Below, one piece after another: positions 20,334 to 29,881 of a stretch of DNA of 64,000 nt. A model generated the notes under the pieces. It was not told the origin of the DNA. It did no database searches and worked only from the letters and a program-made list of their open reading frames with translations. Source of the stretch: an uncultured Planctomycetota bacterium (GTDB lineage: Bacteria; Planctomycetota; Planctomycetia; Gemmatales; Gemmataceae); assembly GCA_963849325.1 (NCBI GenBank), contig CAWKHF010000004.1, positions 64,001 to 128,000 of the forward strand. The letters are read 5' to 3'. Position 1 is the first letter of the stretch, and each line of letters opens with the position of its first letter. Both the position numbers and the translations under genes were made by a program.

Positions 20334-22358
20334 TCACGCCGCCCTTGAAAACAGCATGTTCAACTGCCTCAGCCGCTCTCGATACCGCCGGTCACAGGCC
20401 AAACGCCTCGCTTCCATGACAAAATCGAGCCAGTCACCGCTGGTGACATCCACGGGAGAGAATTCCAGAGACAGATAACGAATAGATACGGTGTGTGTGG
20501 TGTGTGGACCCGACTCCTCGAACCGCACCCCCGGCCCGCAGATGTAGAAGTTGCCGTGGCGGTAGCCGGTGTCCGGGTCGCTGAAGTAGTTCTTCTGCTT
20601 GAACAGCAGGCCCTTGTCCACGAGCAGTTTCCGCACGTCATGCTGCTTCTGCCGGGACCGGCCCTTGATGCCGACTTCTTCAAGCAGGTTGCCAACCATG
20701 CTCTCGGCCAGTTCGTTGTTCGCCTCCACGAAGGCCAGCACCTTCTCGATGAAAACCTTGGCTTGCTCGTTGCTGGCGTAAGCGACGGTCGCCAGTTCCG
20801 GGATCAGCGCCAGAAGCTCAGCCGTCCACGCCAGCTTCAACTCCGGCACGACCGCCTGCTTGTGCTTGTCCCAGGTAGCCGGGTCGTGCAGCTTGAACCC
20901 CCGTCTCGACCAGGCGGCAACGGCGGCTTTGAGCTTGGCCTCGCTCGACGCCGGGTCTTTCTGGTAGCCGTTGTTCTTCCAGACGGCATCGACCGCACAG
21001 GCCATGACTCGCTGAAGCTCCTCGAAGTTGTCGGTGAGGCGGTCGGAGAACTCGGTGGACCGGAGGGCTTGCAGCCGGTCCTCGACCCAGGCCACGGCCT
21101 CGTCGCTGCTCAGTCCCTCGAATTTCAAAATGCGCAGCGTGACGATGACATATTTCCCGATGGTGTCGTCCTCCGGCACGTCCAGTTCCGACCAGAACCG
21201 CACCAGCGCCGAGGCACACCGTCCCTTGAGACTGCCGATGCTCCCCATGCCGCCGGGCGAGCGGTGCTTCTTCCTGGTGGCTTGCTTCTCGGCGGCAGGC
21301 TTCGCTTCCGCCGCTGGCTTATCGGGGCAGCGTGCCACCGCTTCCCGGAGGACTTGCTCGAAGACCTGTTCGTTATATTGCATATCCGAGAAATATATCC
21401 AGTTGAGGTAGTCGGCGCAGGAGTGGGCCTCGTAATATACCCGCCGCTTCTTCCCGTTATATTTCGCCATCCGGTACTTTTTGACTTTTCCGAGGACGCC
21501 GCTGCCGATGAGGGTGATCTTGTCGGCACGCAGCGGGGCGAAGATTTGCGGAGAACTCGACGGGTATATCTCCATCCGGCTGAAGTCATATTCGGGCAGT
21601 TCTTGCTGGAGGGCGGTGCGGACCTCCTCGGCCACGCTTTCGTCCTGGGCGATGGGTAGGTAGTCCGGGAGCCAGCCGAAGCACCGGACGGAGCCGTTCC
21701 TGGCGTTGACCTCCGGGGCGAAGCGCAGGTGCGGGAACCGCCGGGTCAAGACCTGGCCGACCTTGATGGCCTTGACGACGTGGTACTCGCCGGGCACGTC
21801 GCCACTGTGCCGGTCGAGTTCCGGGGCGATCTGCAAGGTCATCCGGCCCTTCTTGACTCCGAAGAAGCGTTCCCCGGCCAGGTGCGTGGTCAGCGTGGGC
21901 GTGGAGATTTCACTTTTCCAGGTGGCCCGCTTGCGCTTCCCATCGACCTGCGCTTCCGTGATGTAGTCGTCCTCGTGGCTGTAGTCCCACACCATGTACT
22001 CCAGCAGCGTGGTCGCCTCTTTTTCGGTAAAGGCCGTGATCGGCTCGGTGTCGCCCAGGTCGTAGAGGTTGCTGGTGACAAGCTGCCCGGCTTGGTCGAG
22101 GCAATATAAAGCCCACTGGTCGGAAATATCGGGGCCGAAATGTTGAAATCTCTGGCGAAGCCGCTCACACTCGTCGGGCGGGATCGGCTCGATATATTTC
22201 GGCCTGCACCGGGGCTTGTCGAAGATGTAGGTGATGGTGCCGAAAGGCTGGGCGTGCTTATTCAGGCGACGATGCCGCTTGAGGATTTGCTTTTCCGTCC
22301 GGTGGTGATTCGGGACGTGTGACCAGGCGTAGTGGTGACTTCCGTGGTACTCATTCAC
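20334..22358 (-). CDS. AEP (primase-polymerase)-like replication protein, degenerate; 5' end abuts IS66
   Basis: Colinear homology to 60184..62175 (LDRHSG, NGS, GMGSxGxLKGR, DDTIG, FSDRL, NELA, DPxTGYRHGNF); apparent start codon lies in the IS inverted repeat. Confidence 0.6.
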   Translation of the reverse strand: MNEYHGSHHYAWSHVPNHHRTEKQILKRHRRLNKHAQPFGTITYIFDKPRCRPKYIEPIPPDECERLRQRFQHFGPDISDQWALYCLDQAGQLVTSNLYDLGDTEPITAFTEKEATTLLEYMVWDYSHEDDYITEAQVDGKRKRATWKSEISTPTLTTHLAGERFFGVKKGRMTLQIAPELDRHSGDVPGEYHVVKAIKVGQVLTRRFPHLRFAPEVNARNGSVRCFGWLPDYLPIAQDESVAEEVRTALQQELPEYDFSRMEIYPSSSPQIFAPLRADKITLIGSGVLGKVKKYRMAKYNGKKRRVYYEAHSCADYLNWIYFSDMQYNEQVFEQVLREAVARCPDKPAAEAKPAAEKQATRKKHRSPGGMGSIGSLKGRCASALVRFWSELDVPEDDTIGKYVIVTLRILKFEGLSSDEAVAWVEDRLQALRSTEFSDRLTDNFEELQRVMACAVDAVWKNNGYQKDPASSEAKLKAAVAAWSRRGFKLHDPATWDKHKQAVVPELKLAWTAELLALIPELATVAYASNEQAKVFIEKVLAFVEANNELAESMVGNLLEEVGIKGRSRQKQHDVRKLLVDKGLLFKQKNYFSDPDTGYRHGNFYICGPGVRFEESGPHTTHTVSIRYLSLEFSPVDVTSGDWLDFVMEARRLACDRRYRERLRQLNMLFSRAA

Positions 22359-23835
22359 GGGGCGAGGTTGCCAAGTCCTAGCGTGATCGCTACGTCAGCT
22401 GCATGAGCGCGGCTCCGCCAATCCCTGACGAACTGTGGCAGCAAATCCCTCCGGCTGCCCAAGCTGCCCTCTGCGCTCTCATCCGGCACTACGAGCAACG
22501 GCTCGCCGACCTCGAAGCCCGCCTTAACCAAAACTCCACCAACTCCTCCAAGCCACCCTCTTCCGATCCGCCCGCCGTCAAACGCGCCCCGCCCCGCCCG
22601 CCCACCGGGCGTGCGGCCGGCGGGCAGACTGGACATGCCAAGAGCCAACGCCCTCTTACCGACCACCCCGACGCCATCCAACACTGCAAACCCACGGCCT
22701 GCCGCTGCTGCCGGCTGCCGCTGTGCGGCGACGACCCCCAGCCGCTACGTCACCAGGTCTGGGACGTGCCGGCCGTCCGGCCCGTCGTCACCGAGTACCG
22801 TCGCCACCGCCTGAGATGCCCCCGCTGCGGCGTCACCACCTGCGGGCAGGCGCCGGCCGGCCAGGACGGGCCACGCCTGAAGGCCGCCGGCGCCCTGTTG
22901 ACCGGCGCCTACCGGCTGAGCAAGGCCAAGGCCGCCCGCCTGCTGACCGACCTGTTCGCCGTGCCGCTGTCGGCCGGACAGGTCTGCGCCATCGAGGCCG
23001 AGGTCGGCCGGCAACTGCGGCCGGCGGTGGACGAGTTGCTGGCGGCGACGCGGCAGCAACCGGCCAACGTCGAGGAGACATCGATGGGTCGGGGGCGTTG
23101 GCTGTGGGTGATGGTCACGGCGGTGGCCACCGTTTACCAGGTCGTCCGCGGCCGCAGTCGCCGCGAGCTGGACCGGCTGGTAGGGACGGACTACCGGCGC
23201 GTGATGACCACCGACCGTTATCGCGTCTACGACCACCTGCCCGACGAACGCCATCAGTTGTGCTGGGCGCACCTGCGGCGGGACTTCCAGGCGATGGTGG
23301 ACCGGAAGAACGCCGGCGTGGCGGTCGGCGAGGAGTTGTTGGCCTTGTCGGGGCAGATGCTGGGCTGGTGGAAGCGCGTGCGTGACGGGACGTTGACGAA
23401 GATACGTTTCGCAGGTCGTCTGCACGCCGCGCGGGACTTTCGCGTGCGCTTCCGCGCCGTCTTGGCGTGGGGGGCGGCGTGCGGCTGCGCCAAGACGGCA
23501 GCGGTGTGCCGCGAACTGCTGGGGCGTGAGGTGTCGTTGTTCCTGTTTGCGTTCGTGTCGGGTGTCGAGCCGACGAACAACGCGGCGGAGCGTGCGGTGC
23601 GTCATGGGGTGTTGTGGCGGAAGCAGAGTCACGGCCCGCGGAGTATGGACGGCAGGGAGTACCTGTCGTGCATCTGGTCGGTGGTGGAGACGTGCCGTCA
23701 GCGGGGCCGGGGCGCATGGGATTACCTGACGGCGTGCCTGGCGGCAGCCGCCGAAAGGCACGTCCTGCCGTCGTTGCTGACCCCGGCCGTTGATGCTCAT
23801 GCCGCTTGACCTCTAATTGGCCCGTGAATGACTAC
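22347..23835 (+). mobile_element. IS66-family insertion sequence (single-ORF type)
   Basis: Terminal IRs GTACTCATTCACGGG (22347-22361) and CCCGTGAATGACTAC (23821-23835), 14/15 match; no 8-bp target duplication. Confidence 0.9.
22403..23809 (+). CDS. IS66 family transposase
   Basis: NSTNSSKPPSSD, GGQTGH, zinc finger, TDRY, QLCWAHLRRDF, PTNNAAER. Confidence 0.95.
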   Translation: MSAAPPIPDELWQQIPPAAQAALCALIRHYEQRLADLEARLNQNSTNSSKPPSSDPPAVKRAPPRPPTGRAAGGQTGHAKSQRPLTDHPDAIQHCKPTACRCCRLPLCGDDPQPLRHQVWDVPAVRPVVTEYRRHRLRCPRCGVTTCGQAPAGQDGPRLKAAGALLTGAYRLSKAKAARLLTDLFAVPLSAGQVCAIEAEVGRQLRPAVDELLAATRQQPANVEETSMGRGRWLWVMVTAVATVYQVVRGRSRRELDRLVGTDYRRVMTTDRYRVYDHLPDERHQLCWAHLRRDFQAMVDRKNAGVAVGEELLALSGQMLGWWKRVRDGTLTKIRFAGRLHAARDFRVRFRAVLAWGAACGCAKTAAVCRELLGREVSLFLFAFVSGVEPTNNAAERAVRHGVLWRKQSHGPRSMDGREYLSCIWSVVETCRQRGRGAWDYLTACLAAAAERHVLPSLLTPAVDAHAA

Positions 23836-24280
23836 TGACCCGTATCTTGGCGCTGCAATCCTGGCCCACGATATTGCCCTCGCTGCTGCCGAGAATTATG
23901 AGGTTGATTTCTTGGCAGGCTTGGCGAATTCTGCGACGGAAGCGCTTGCGACGGCGACGACGGATAGTATCCCAGCAGCGACCCATGAAATATGGGTAGC
24001 CGCTAGGGACAGCGAAGCCACAGCCCAGGCTGCTCTGATCCGGGAAGTAGTAGGCAGCCCTTTCCGTCCGGTGAGCGTTGACCCCGGCTGGCTGACGCCC
24101 AACGTGGTCAAGTTGGCCCAGGGAATATATTGCGAGCGGGCCTTCTCCCGGCTACCGGAGTTAGCCGAGGCCCTGGAGAAAACGGGCTGCACGGACGCTG
24201 AGGTTCTGACTCACTGCCGCCAGCCGGGGGAGCATGTGCGGGGCTGCTGGGTGGTGGATTTACTCTTGGGCAAGGAGTGA
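23836..24280 (+). pseudogene. 5'-truncated member of the Gemmataceae expanded '...GNPFRP...[15 protein letters not shown]' family
   Basis: Conserved C-terminus present; N-terminus replaced by IS66. Confidence 0.75.
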
Positions 24281-24284
24281 CGCC

Positions 24285-25075
24285 ATGACCGAGGCTGAGT
24301 GGCTGGCCTGCACCGACCCGACGCCGATGCTGGAGTTCCTGCGGGGGAAAGCCAGCGAGCGCAAGCTGCGGTTGTTCGCCGTGGCGTGCTGTCGCAGGGT
24401 GTGGCATTTGCTGGTGGATGAGCGCAGTCGTGAAGCAGTCGAGGTAGCCGAGCGGTTTGCCGATGGTGCGGCGACGGACAAAGAACTTGAGGACGCCAAA
24501 AGCAACGCCTGGGAATTCAGCCTTCACATTGTTCATGAAGACGAACGCTTTTTTGACCTGGACCAAAATGCCCTAGATGCTGCCGATGCGCCTGCTTGGG
24601 CTGCTGAGTGGTCGGTGGACTATGGCAGCGAGTACGGCGGGCGGGTGGCCACTTCGGGCGGTCGTGGCAACCCAGCGGGCGCTTGGGACCGCAGAGGGCA
24701 ATAAACAAGCTGGTTTGGTCCGCTGCATTTTCGGCAACCCCTTCCGGCCTGTGGCCGTCGATGCTGGTTGGCTCACGCCCGGCGTGGTCGAACTGGCCCG
24801 CACGATCTACGAGGGCCGGGCCTTCGACCCAATGCCGGAGTTGGCCGATGCCTTAGAGACTGTCCCACAAGGGTGTGGCGGCACGTTTCCAACGTGCCGG
24901 AAGACCGGAAAATCCAACAAATCGGCACGTTGGAAACGTGCCGCCACAGCCCTTATGGGACAGTCTCTTAGAGCAAGCGGGCTGCGCCAACGCCGATATT
25001 CTGGCCCACTGCCGAGAGCCGGGGCCGCACGTCCGGGGCTGCTGGGTGGTCGATGTGCTGCTTGGCAAGGAGTGA
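24285..25075 (+). pseudogene. Gemmataceae MTEAEWL...[12 protein letters not shown]...HVRGCWVVD family gene, disrupted by MITE and a frameshift
   Basis: N- and C-terminal family motifs spread over three frames. Confidence 0.8.
24856..24967. mobile_element. 112-bp MITE with long inverted arms and REP-like internal palindromes, TTA target duplication
   Basis: GAGACTGTCCCA...TGGGACAGTCTC ends flanked by TTA (24853-55, 24968-70); removal restores the frame ALEQAGC. Confidence 0.85.
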
Positions 25076-25165
25076 CGCCAATACGGAAATGGAGGGGCAG
25101 GCGTGTATCGACTCGACGCCTGGCGCTGGAGTTCCTGTAGGTTGAAGCCGAAGCGGAGTAGCCCG

Positions 25166-25543
25166 ATGGCAAAAGCCAAGACGAAGCAGAAATCTCCCTT
25201 TCAGGGTCGGTGGCGCATCGTGTCAATGTCTGCCTGGGAGGACGACTATCTCGATGAAGAAGTCCAGGCATTCATCGAGTTCGAGGAGAAGGGCAGCGGC
25301 TCGTTCCAGTTCGGCTACGTCCAGGGCTTGATCGACTGGCGGCTGACCACACGGGACGGCGAGGCAGCCGTGGAGTGGTCCTGGGAAGGCGGCGACGGCG
25401 CAGACGGCACGCCGCTGACGGGGCGGGGCTGGGGGAAGATGAAGGACGCTGAACTGCACGGCGAGTTCTTCATCCACCAGGGCGACGATTCCGAGTTCGT
25501 GGCGACCAGAGCCAAGGAGAAGAAGGCAGTGAAGCGGAAGTGA
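25166..25543 (+). CDS. Conserved hypothetical protein
   Basis: GGAG RBS; FQGRWRIVSM...GSFQFG...SWEG...GRGW...HQGDDSEF. Confidence 0.75.
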   Translation: MAKAKTKQKSPFQGRWRIVSMSAWEDDYLDEEVQAFIEFEEKGSGSFQFGYVQGLIDWRLTTRDGEAAVEWSWEGGDGADGTPLTGRGWGKMKDAELHGEFFIHQGDDSEFVATRAKEKKAVKRK

Positions 25544-25550
25544 GCGGGAC

Positions 25551-26288
25551 ATGGCCAAAGAACACCCAAGGCTGAAGCTCGGCAAGAGCGCCGCCTTCGT
25601 GAAGACTCACCTGAAACGGCTGCCGCAGGTGGAGGAAACCTGGGAAGCCGACTTCCGGGCGCTGCCGAAACCAGCAGGCCAGGCCGAGACGCACTACCTG
25701 GGGGTGGTGGCCGCTCTCCCCCAGGGTGATCCCTTGCACTACCTCCCGGTGGAATACGCCCCGAACGTCAACGACCTGGCCGACCTCCTGGCCGATGCCC
25801 TGCGCCGACCGCTGACGGGTCCGGCCCGCCGACCCGAACACATTCGTTTTCGGGGCAACCCTCGGTGGGAAGAGTTGTTTGGGCACCTGAACGAACTCGG
25901 CATCGCAACCTCGATCCACGAGGAACTGCCCAAGGTTGAGGAGGTCTACGAAGACTTTCTCCGGCAGATGCGCAAGGCAAGCTCTGGCCCGATCTTCATG
26001 GTATCCCCAGGCCGGGGCCACGTTGCCGAGCAGTTCCCCGCCGTCGCCCGGTGGGTGCAGGGCTACGGGCGCATCGAGATTGGCCAGCAAGAGGGCGTCG
26101 GCTTCGTGGTCCGGGCGCTGGACGACGCCGGACTGGTCTTCGAGAACAACAGCAGCACCACGCTGGCCGAGGCGCTGGCCGCTCTGGAGGAGGCGCTGGC
26201 CGGGCGGTTCAGGGACCACGAAAGCTCCTTGCGATCATCCTCGCCTACGGTCAAGAAGACACAGCGGAGGCCCACTGACCATGCCTGA
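25551..26288 (+). CDS. Hypothetical protein, paralogue of 26817..27500
   Basis: Shared LKLGK.AAF...ETWEADF.ALP...GYG.IEIG...TLAEA.AALE. Confidence 0.8.
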   Translation: MAKEHPRLKLGKSAAFVKTHLKRLPQVEETWEADFRALPKPAGQAETHYLGVVAALPQGDPLHYLPVEYAPNVNDLADLLADALRRPLTGPARRPEHIRFRGNPRWEELFGHLNELGIATSIHEELPKVEEVYEDFLRQMRKASSGPIFMVSPGRGHVAEQFPAVARWVQGYGRIEIGQQEGVGFVVRALDDAGLVFENNSSTTLAEALAALEEALAGRFRDHESSLRSSSPTVKKTQRRPTDHA

Positions 26289-26799
26289 GCAAGCACGCAA
26301 GCTGTCCGAGATCATGAAGGAAATGTCGGAGACGCTGCTGCGCAATCCCGGCGGCGTGCCGTCCTCTGAGGCCGCACACGTCGCCCTCTTCTTCGCCAAC
26401 GTCGCCTGGAACGAGAGCGTCGGCCTCGATCTCGCCAGGGAGGGCTACCGCAACGTGTGGGAGACGATTGAGGCCGAGAACCCGGCGCTGTGGAACGAGT
26501 TCAAGTCGAGCGACACCGACGCCATGATTGACGAACTCATCCGGTACAAGAAAGCCCACTACCCCGACGACCGGCGGCGGATTCTGACCTGCGGCATCCC
26601 GGACGGGAAGGTTCGTGTCGAATGGCTGAAGCCTGCTGCTCCAGGGGTGGATTCCAAATGGGAGATGCAGTTGTACGGGCTGGTGCGGACGGGGCAGAAG
26701 GACAAGGCGATCCGCTTTCTGCAAGAGACTCGGCGGATGACCCGCAGCGAGGCGTCGAAGCGAGTGGCGCAGATCGCCGCCGAGTTGGGGGTGAAGTAG
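26281..26799 (+). CDS. Hypothetical protein
   Basis: GGAGG RBS; MPEQARKLSE...AWNE...YPDDRRRI. Confidence 0.75.
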   Translation: MPEQARKLSEIMKEMSETLLRNPGGVPSSEAAHVALFFANVAWNESVGLDLAREGYRNVWETIEAENPALWNEFKSSDTDAMIDELIRYKKAHYPDDRRRILTCGIPDGKVRVEWLKPAAPGVDSKWEMQLYGLVRTGQKDKAIRFLQETRRMTRSEASKRVAQIAAELGVK

Positions 26800-26816
26800 C
26801 CCAAGAGGGAGCGACC

Positions 26817-27500
26817 GTGGCACGAGAGGAGGAGAAGCTGAAACTCGGCAAGGGTGCGGCCTTCGCCAAGGGCCGCTTGAAGCGGCTGCGCCAGGAGGAG
26901 GAAACCTGGGAAGCGGACTTTCAAGCGCTGCCCAAGCCGATCACGCAGAGCCAGACGCATTACCTGGGGATGGTCGTGGCCCCGGACGGCTCCTTCCTGG
27001 CCGATTCCCACGTCGAGGGCAGGCCCACGGTCAACGACATGGCCACGCTGCTGGCCCAGGCCATGCGGCGACCGATGACCGGGAAAGCTCACCGGCCCCG
27101 CCGCATCCACGTCCGGGGCCACCCACAGTGGCGGGAGCTATTCCCGCACCTGGACGAACTCGGCATCAAGGTCGCCGTCCACCGGGAGCTTCCGAAGGTG
27201 CAGCGAGCCTGCCAGGGCTACCTGCGGCAGCAGCGAGAAGCCCACCGGAGGGGCATGGTCAAGCCGACCGCCGAGCAGCAGGCCGTCGAGAAGCTGTTCC
27301 CGGCCATCGCTCAGTGGGTCCGGGGCTACGGGCACATCGAGATTGGCGACCAGGAGATGTTCGGGTTCGTCGCCAGGGCGCTGGACTACGGCGGGCTGGC
27401 CTTCGAGGACGACAAGCCTGACACGCTGGCCGAAGCGATGGCGGCGCTGGAGAAGGGGTTGAGGAAGTGGTTCGAGGAGCAAGGGATCGACCTCGATTGA
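26817..27500 (+). CDS. Hypothetical protein, paralogue of 25551..26288
   Basis: GGGAG RBS with GTG start; homology as above. Confidence 0.8.
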   Translation: MAREEEKLKLGKGAAFAKGRLKRLRQEEETWEADFQALPKPITQSQTHYLGMVVAPDGSFLADSHVEGRPTVNDMATLLAQAMRRPMTGKAHRPRRIHVRGHPQWRELFPHLDELGIKVAVHRELPKVQRACQGYLRQQREAHRRGMVKPTAEQQAVEKLFPAIAQWVRGYGHIEIGDQEMFGFVARALDYGGLAFEDDKPDTLAEAMAALEKGLRKWFEEQGIDLD

Positions 27501-27569
27501 TGAGGTAGTGGGCCGCTCACCGCTCCGGCGAGATGAAGTGCGACCCGGCAGGCACAGAGGAGGTCAAGC

Positions 27570-28616
27570 ATGATGTATCTCAAGCCGGACGGCCAGATAG
27601 ACCTCAAACACCGTGCGTACTTCCTGCGAGGCGCACCGCACCGCACCCCCGTGATCGCAGCAGCGGAAGACGGCCAGCTTTCCATGCTGAGTCCTGATCT
27701 GAAAAATGTTCAGATGCGCCGCCTCCCGTCAAAGGTTCGGGCCGTATCCCCGCATCCGTCAGATCAACGGCTGGCATGGGTTGATGGGAAGGCTGGCTCG
27801 CTCACCGTGCAAGATTTCCACGGGTCACGGCTCCTCGAAATCGCTCCTCCAGAAGTCCAAGAGACGATGCCGGTATGGATTCAACGAGATTTTGACGACT
27901 GCTTCTACAGCGAAGACGGGCGTTTCTTGTGGACGATTGCGCCGTTGAATTCCGAGGACGTGCTGGTTCAGTTGCACGAGGCAGAATCCGGGGCCACGAT
28001 TGAAACCGCCCCTGTCAAAGACCCGTTCGGAGGGAGTTCCTGCTCGTTTCATCCGACCGCACGGCCCGATCTTACGTCGCTGTGGTTGGCGGCGGGGCAG
28101 GATGGCCAGCAGGTGTATTGGCTGAAGCGGACCCGCAGCGGTTTCTCTTGCACACGGGAGGCCAAACTGCGAAACACCATCCCGCCTGTTTTCTCACCAA
28201 ACGGCAAGCAGCTTCTCGTGGTGAATGACCACAACGCCATCTGCAAGTTCCAATTCCCTGCGATGCAGCAGGTCCGCTCGCCTCTGGAGTCGGGCGATGA
28301 AGACAACCAGTTTGCCGAATCACTGTGCTATCTCACCGAGCGGCAGGCCCTCGCTGGCACCAACGAGCAGCGCATTTTCATCGTGGATACCGTTCAGATG
28401 AAGGTTGAAGAGGAGGTTGCCCTCGAAGGCCACGAACCACGGCCTATTGGCCAGTATTATCCGAGGCTGGCAAAGGACAAGGGCTTGGGTACGGACATCT
28501 CTCACTTCTTGAGGCTGGGCGATGTCATCCTGTTCGCCTATCGTCGTGATCGGGGCACGGGGTTGGCGGGATGGAAGGACACCCTTCTCTGGCTGTCGGT
28601 CAAAGGGCGAGTGTGA
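27570..28616 (+). CDS. Putative beta-propeller (WD40/YVTN-like) protein
   Basis: AGGAGG RBS; repeated YSEDGRFL / FSPNGKQL-type blades. Confidence 0.6.
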   Translation: MMYLKPDGQIDLKHRAYFLRGAPHRTPVIAAAEDGQLSMLSPDLKNVQMRRLPSKVRAVSPHPSDQRLAWVDGKAGSLTVQDFHGSRLLEIAPPEVQETMPVWIQRDFDDCFYSEDGRFLWTIAPLNSEDVLVQLHEAESGATIETAPVKDPFGGSSCSFHPTARPDLTSLWLAAGQDGQQVYWLKRTRSGFSCTREAKLRNTIPPVFSPNGKQLLVVNDHNAICKFQFPAMQQVRSPLESGDEDNQFAESLCYLTERQALAGTNEQRIFIVDTVQMKVEEEVALEGHEPRPIGQYYPRLAKDKGLGTDISHFLRLGDVILFAYRRDRGTGLAGWKDTLLWLSVKGRV

Positions 28617-28645
28617 GCGGCCTGCTGGCCGAAGGAAAGGCGGCG

Positions 28646-29254
28646 ATGAGCGATGACAAGCAGGGCGTGCGGGTCAACCTTGGCGGCATTCCGGTTGACC
28701 TGAACGCCGGAATGATCGAGGCCGTGACGAACCCGCCACCGGGGTTTCTGTCGAAGCACCGATTCGTGGAAACCGACGTTGCGGCCAGGGTCAACTCGAT
28801 TAACTGGTTCGCCCGGGGCGGGGAGCGCTTGGCCCCCGACCTGACGATGGAGACGGAGCAAGTCGGCGGCTGGGTGCAGGCCATCGAGTCCTGCAAAGCT
28901 CCTGCCTGGGAAAACGCCCAACTGGAAGCGCAGAACCAACTGACTCTGTGGCTCCATCTGAACGACCGGCCCAGCTACCGGAGATGGAACGAGATCGTTG
29001 TTGCCCACAAAGATACCGTCCTGAACCGCCTGACGAGGGAGGTACTGGCCCCTTTCCAGGCCAAGCACAACCTCGACATCGCTCTTGTCCGCAGTGTCCA
29101 GTGGGACATTCTCGGTGCCTTGATGGAGAACTCGTACCTGCGGAGCGGACACTCGGCGTTCTTCTTCCTCGAATTGCTCACGGTCTATGAAGCGGGGCAT
29201 TTCCCGTGTGGCTGGAAGGGCGAGTGGCCGAAAGGGACGCTACTGGTGTACTGA
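28646..29254 (+). CDS. Hypothetical protein
   Basis: INWF...YEAGHFPCGWKGEWP..LLVY. Confidence 0.7.
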   Translation: MSDDKQGVRVNLGGIPVDLNAGMIEAVTNPPPGFLSKHRFVETDVAARVNSINWFARGGERLAPDLTMETEQVGGWVQAIESCKAPAWENAQLEAQNQLTLWLHLNDRPSYRRWNEIVVAHKDTVLNRLTREVLAPFQAKHNLDIALVRSVQWDILGALMENSYLRSGHSAFFFLELLTVYEAGHFPCGWKGEWPKGTLLVY

Positions 29255-29281
29255 CAAAGGCTTTCCAGAGGTATCGACGGC

Positions 29282-29776
29282 ATGAAGGTGAAAACCACCT
29301 ACCTTGAAATGCTCGCTCACCCCGAATGGGTTGTGCCGCCGCCAAGGGACGGTCTGGCGGTTGTACACGCCAAGAAGCCGACCCTCGCCTACTACCGCTT
29401 CCTGTACGACGGTGTAGGCCGGGACTACGACTGGACGAGCCGCAAGAAGCTCTCCGACGCCGAACTCGCCGCCCTGCTGAACGCCCCCCGGCTCGAAGTC
29501 CACGTCTTGATGGCCGATAGCGTCCCGGCTGGCTTTGCCGAGTTAGACCGGCGCACCGAAGGCGAGATCGAACTGGTGCAGTTCGGCCTGATGCCGGAGT
29601 TTATCGGCCAGGGGATGGGGCGGTTCTTTCTCCAGTGGACCATCGACAAGGCGTGGAGCTATGGCCCCAGGCGCTTCTGGCTGCACACCTGCAACAAGGA
29701 CCACCCGGCTGCTCTGCCGAATTACCTGAAGGCGGGCTTCGCCGTCTACAAAGAAGAGGTCAAGGACCAGGAATGA
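29282..29776 (+). CDS. GNAT acetyltransferase
   Basis: FGLMPEFIGQGMGR...WLHTC..DHPAALPNY.K.GF. Confidence 0.9.
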   Translation: MKVKTTYLEMLAHPEWVVPPPRDGLAVVHAKKPTLAYYRFLYDGVGRDYDWTSRKKLSDAELAALLNAPRLEVHVLMADSVPAGFAELDRRTEGEIELVQFGLMPEFIGQGMGRFFLQWTIDKAWSYGPRRFWLHTCNKDHPAALPNYLKAGFAVYKEEVKDQE

Positions 29777-29881
29777 CACGACGCCCGCAGTGCCACAGCA
29801 CTTCCCGGTCAGGCTCACGCAGGCCCAGCGGAAGGTCGTGGCCGAGTTCGCCTCGGCGTCGGCCAATGGCTACCAGGGACA

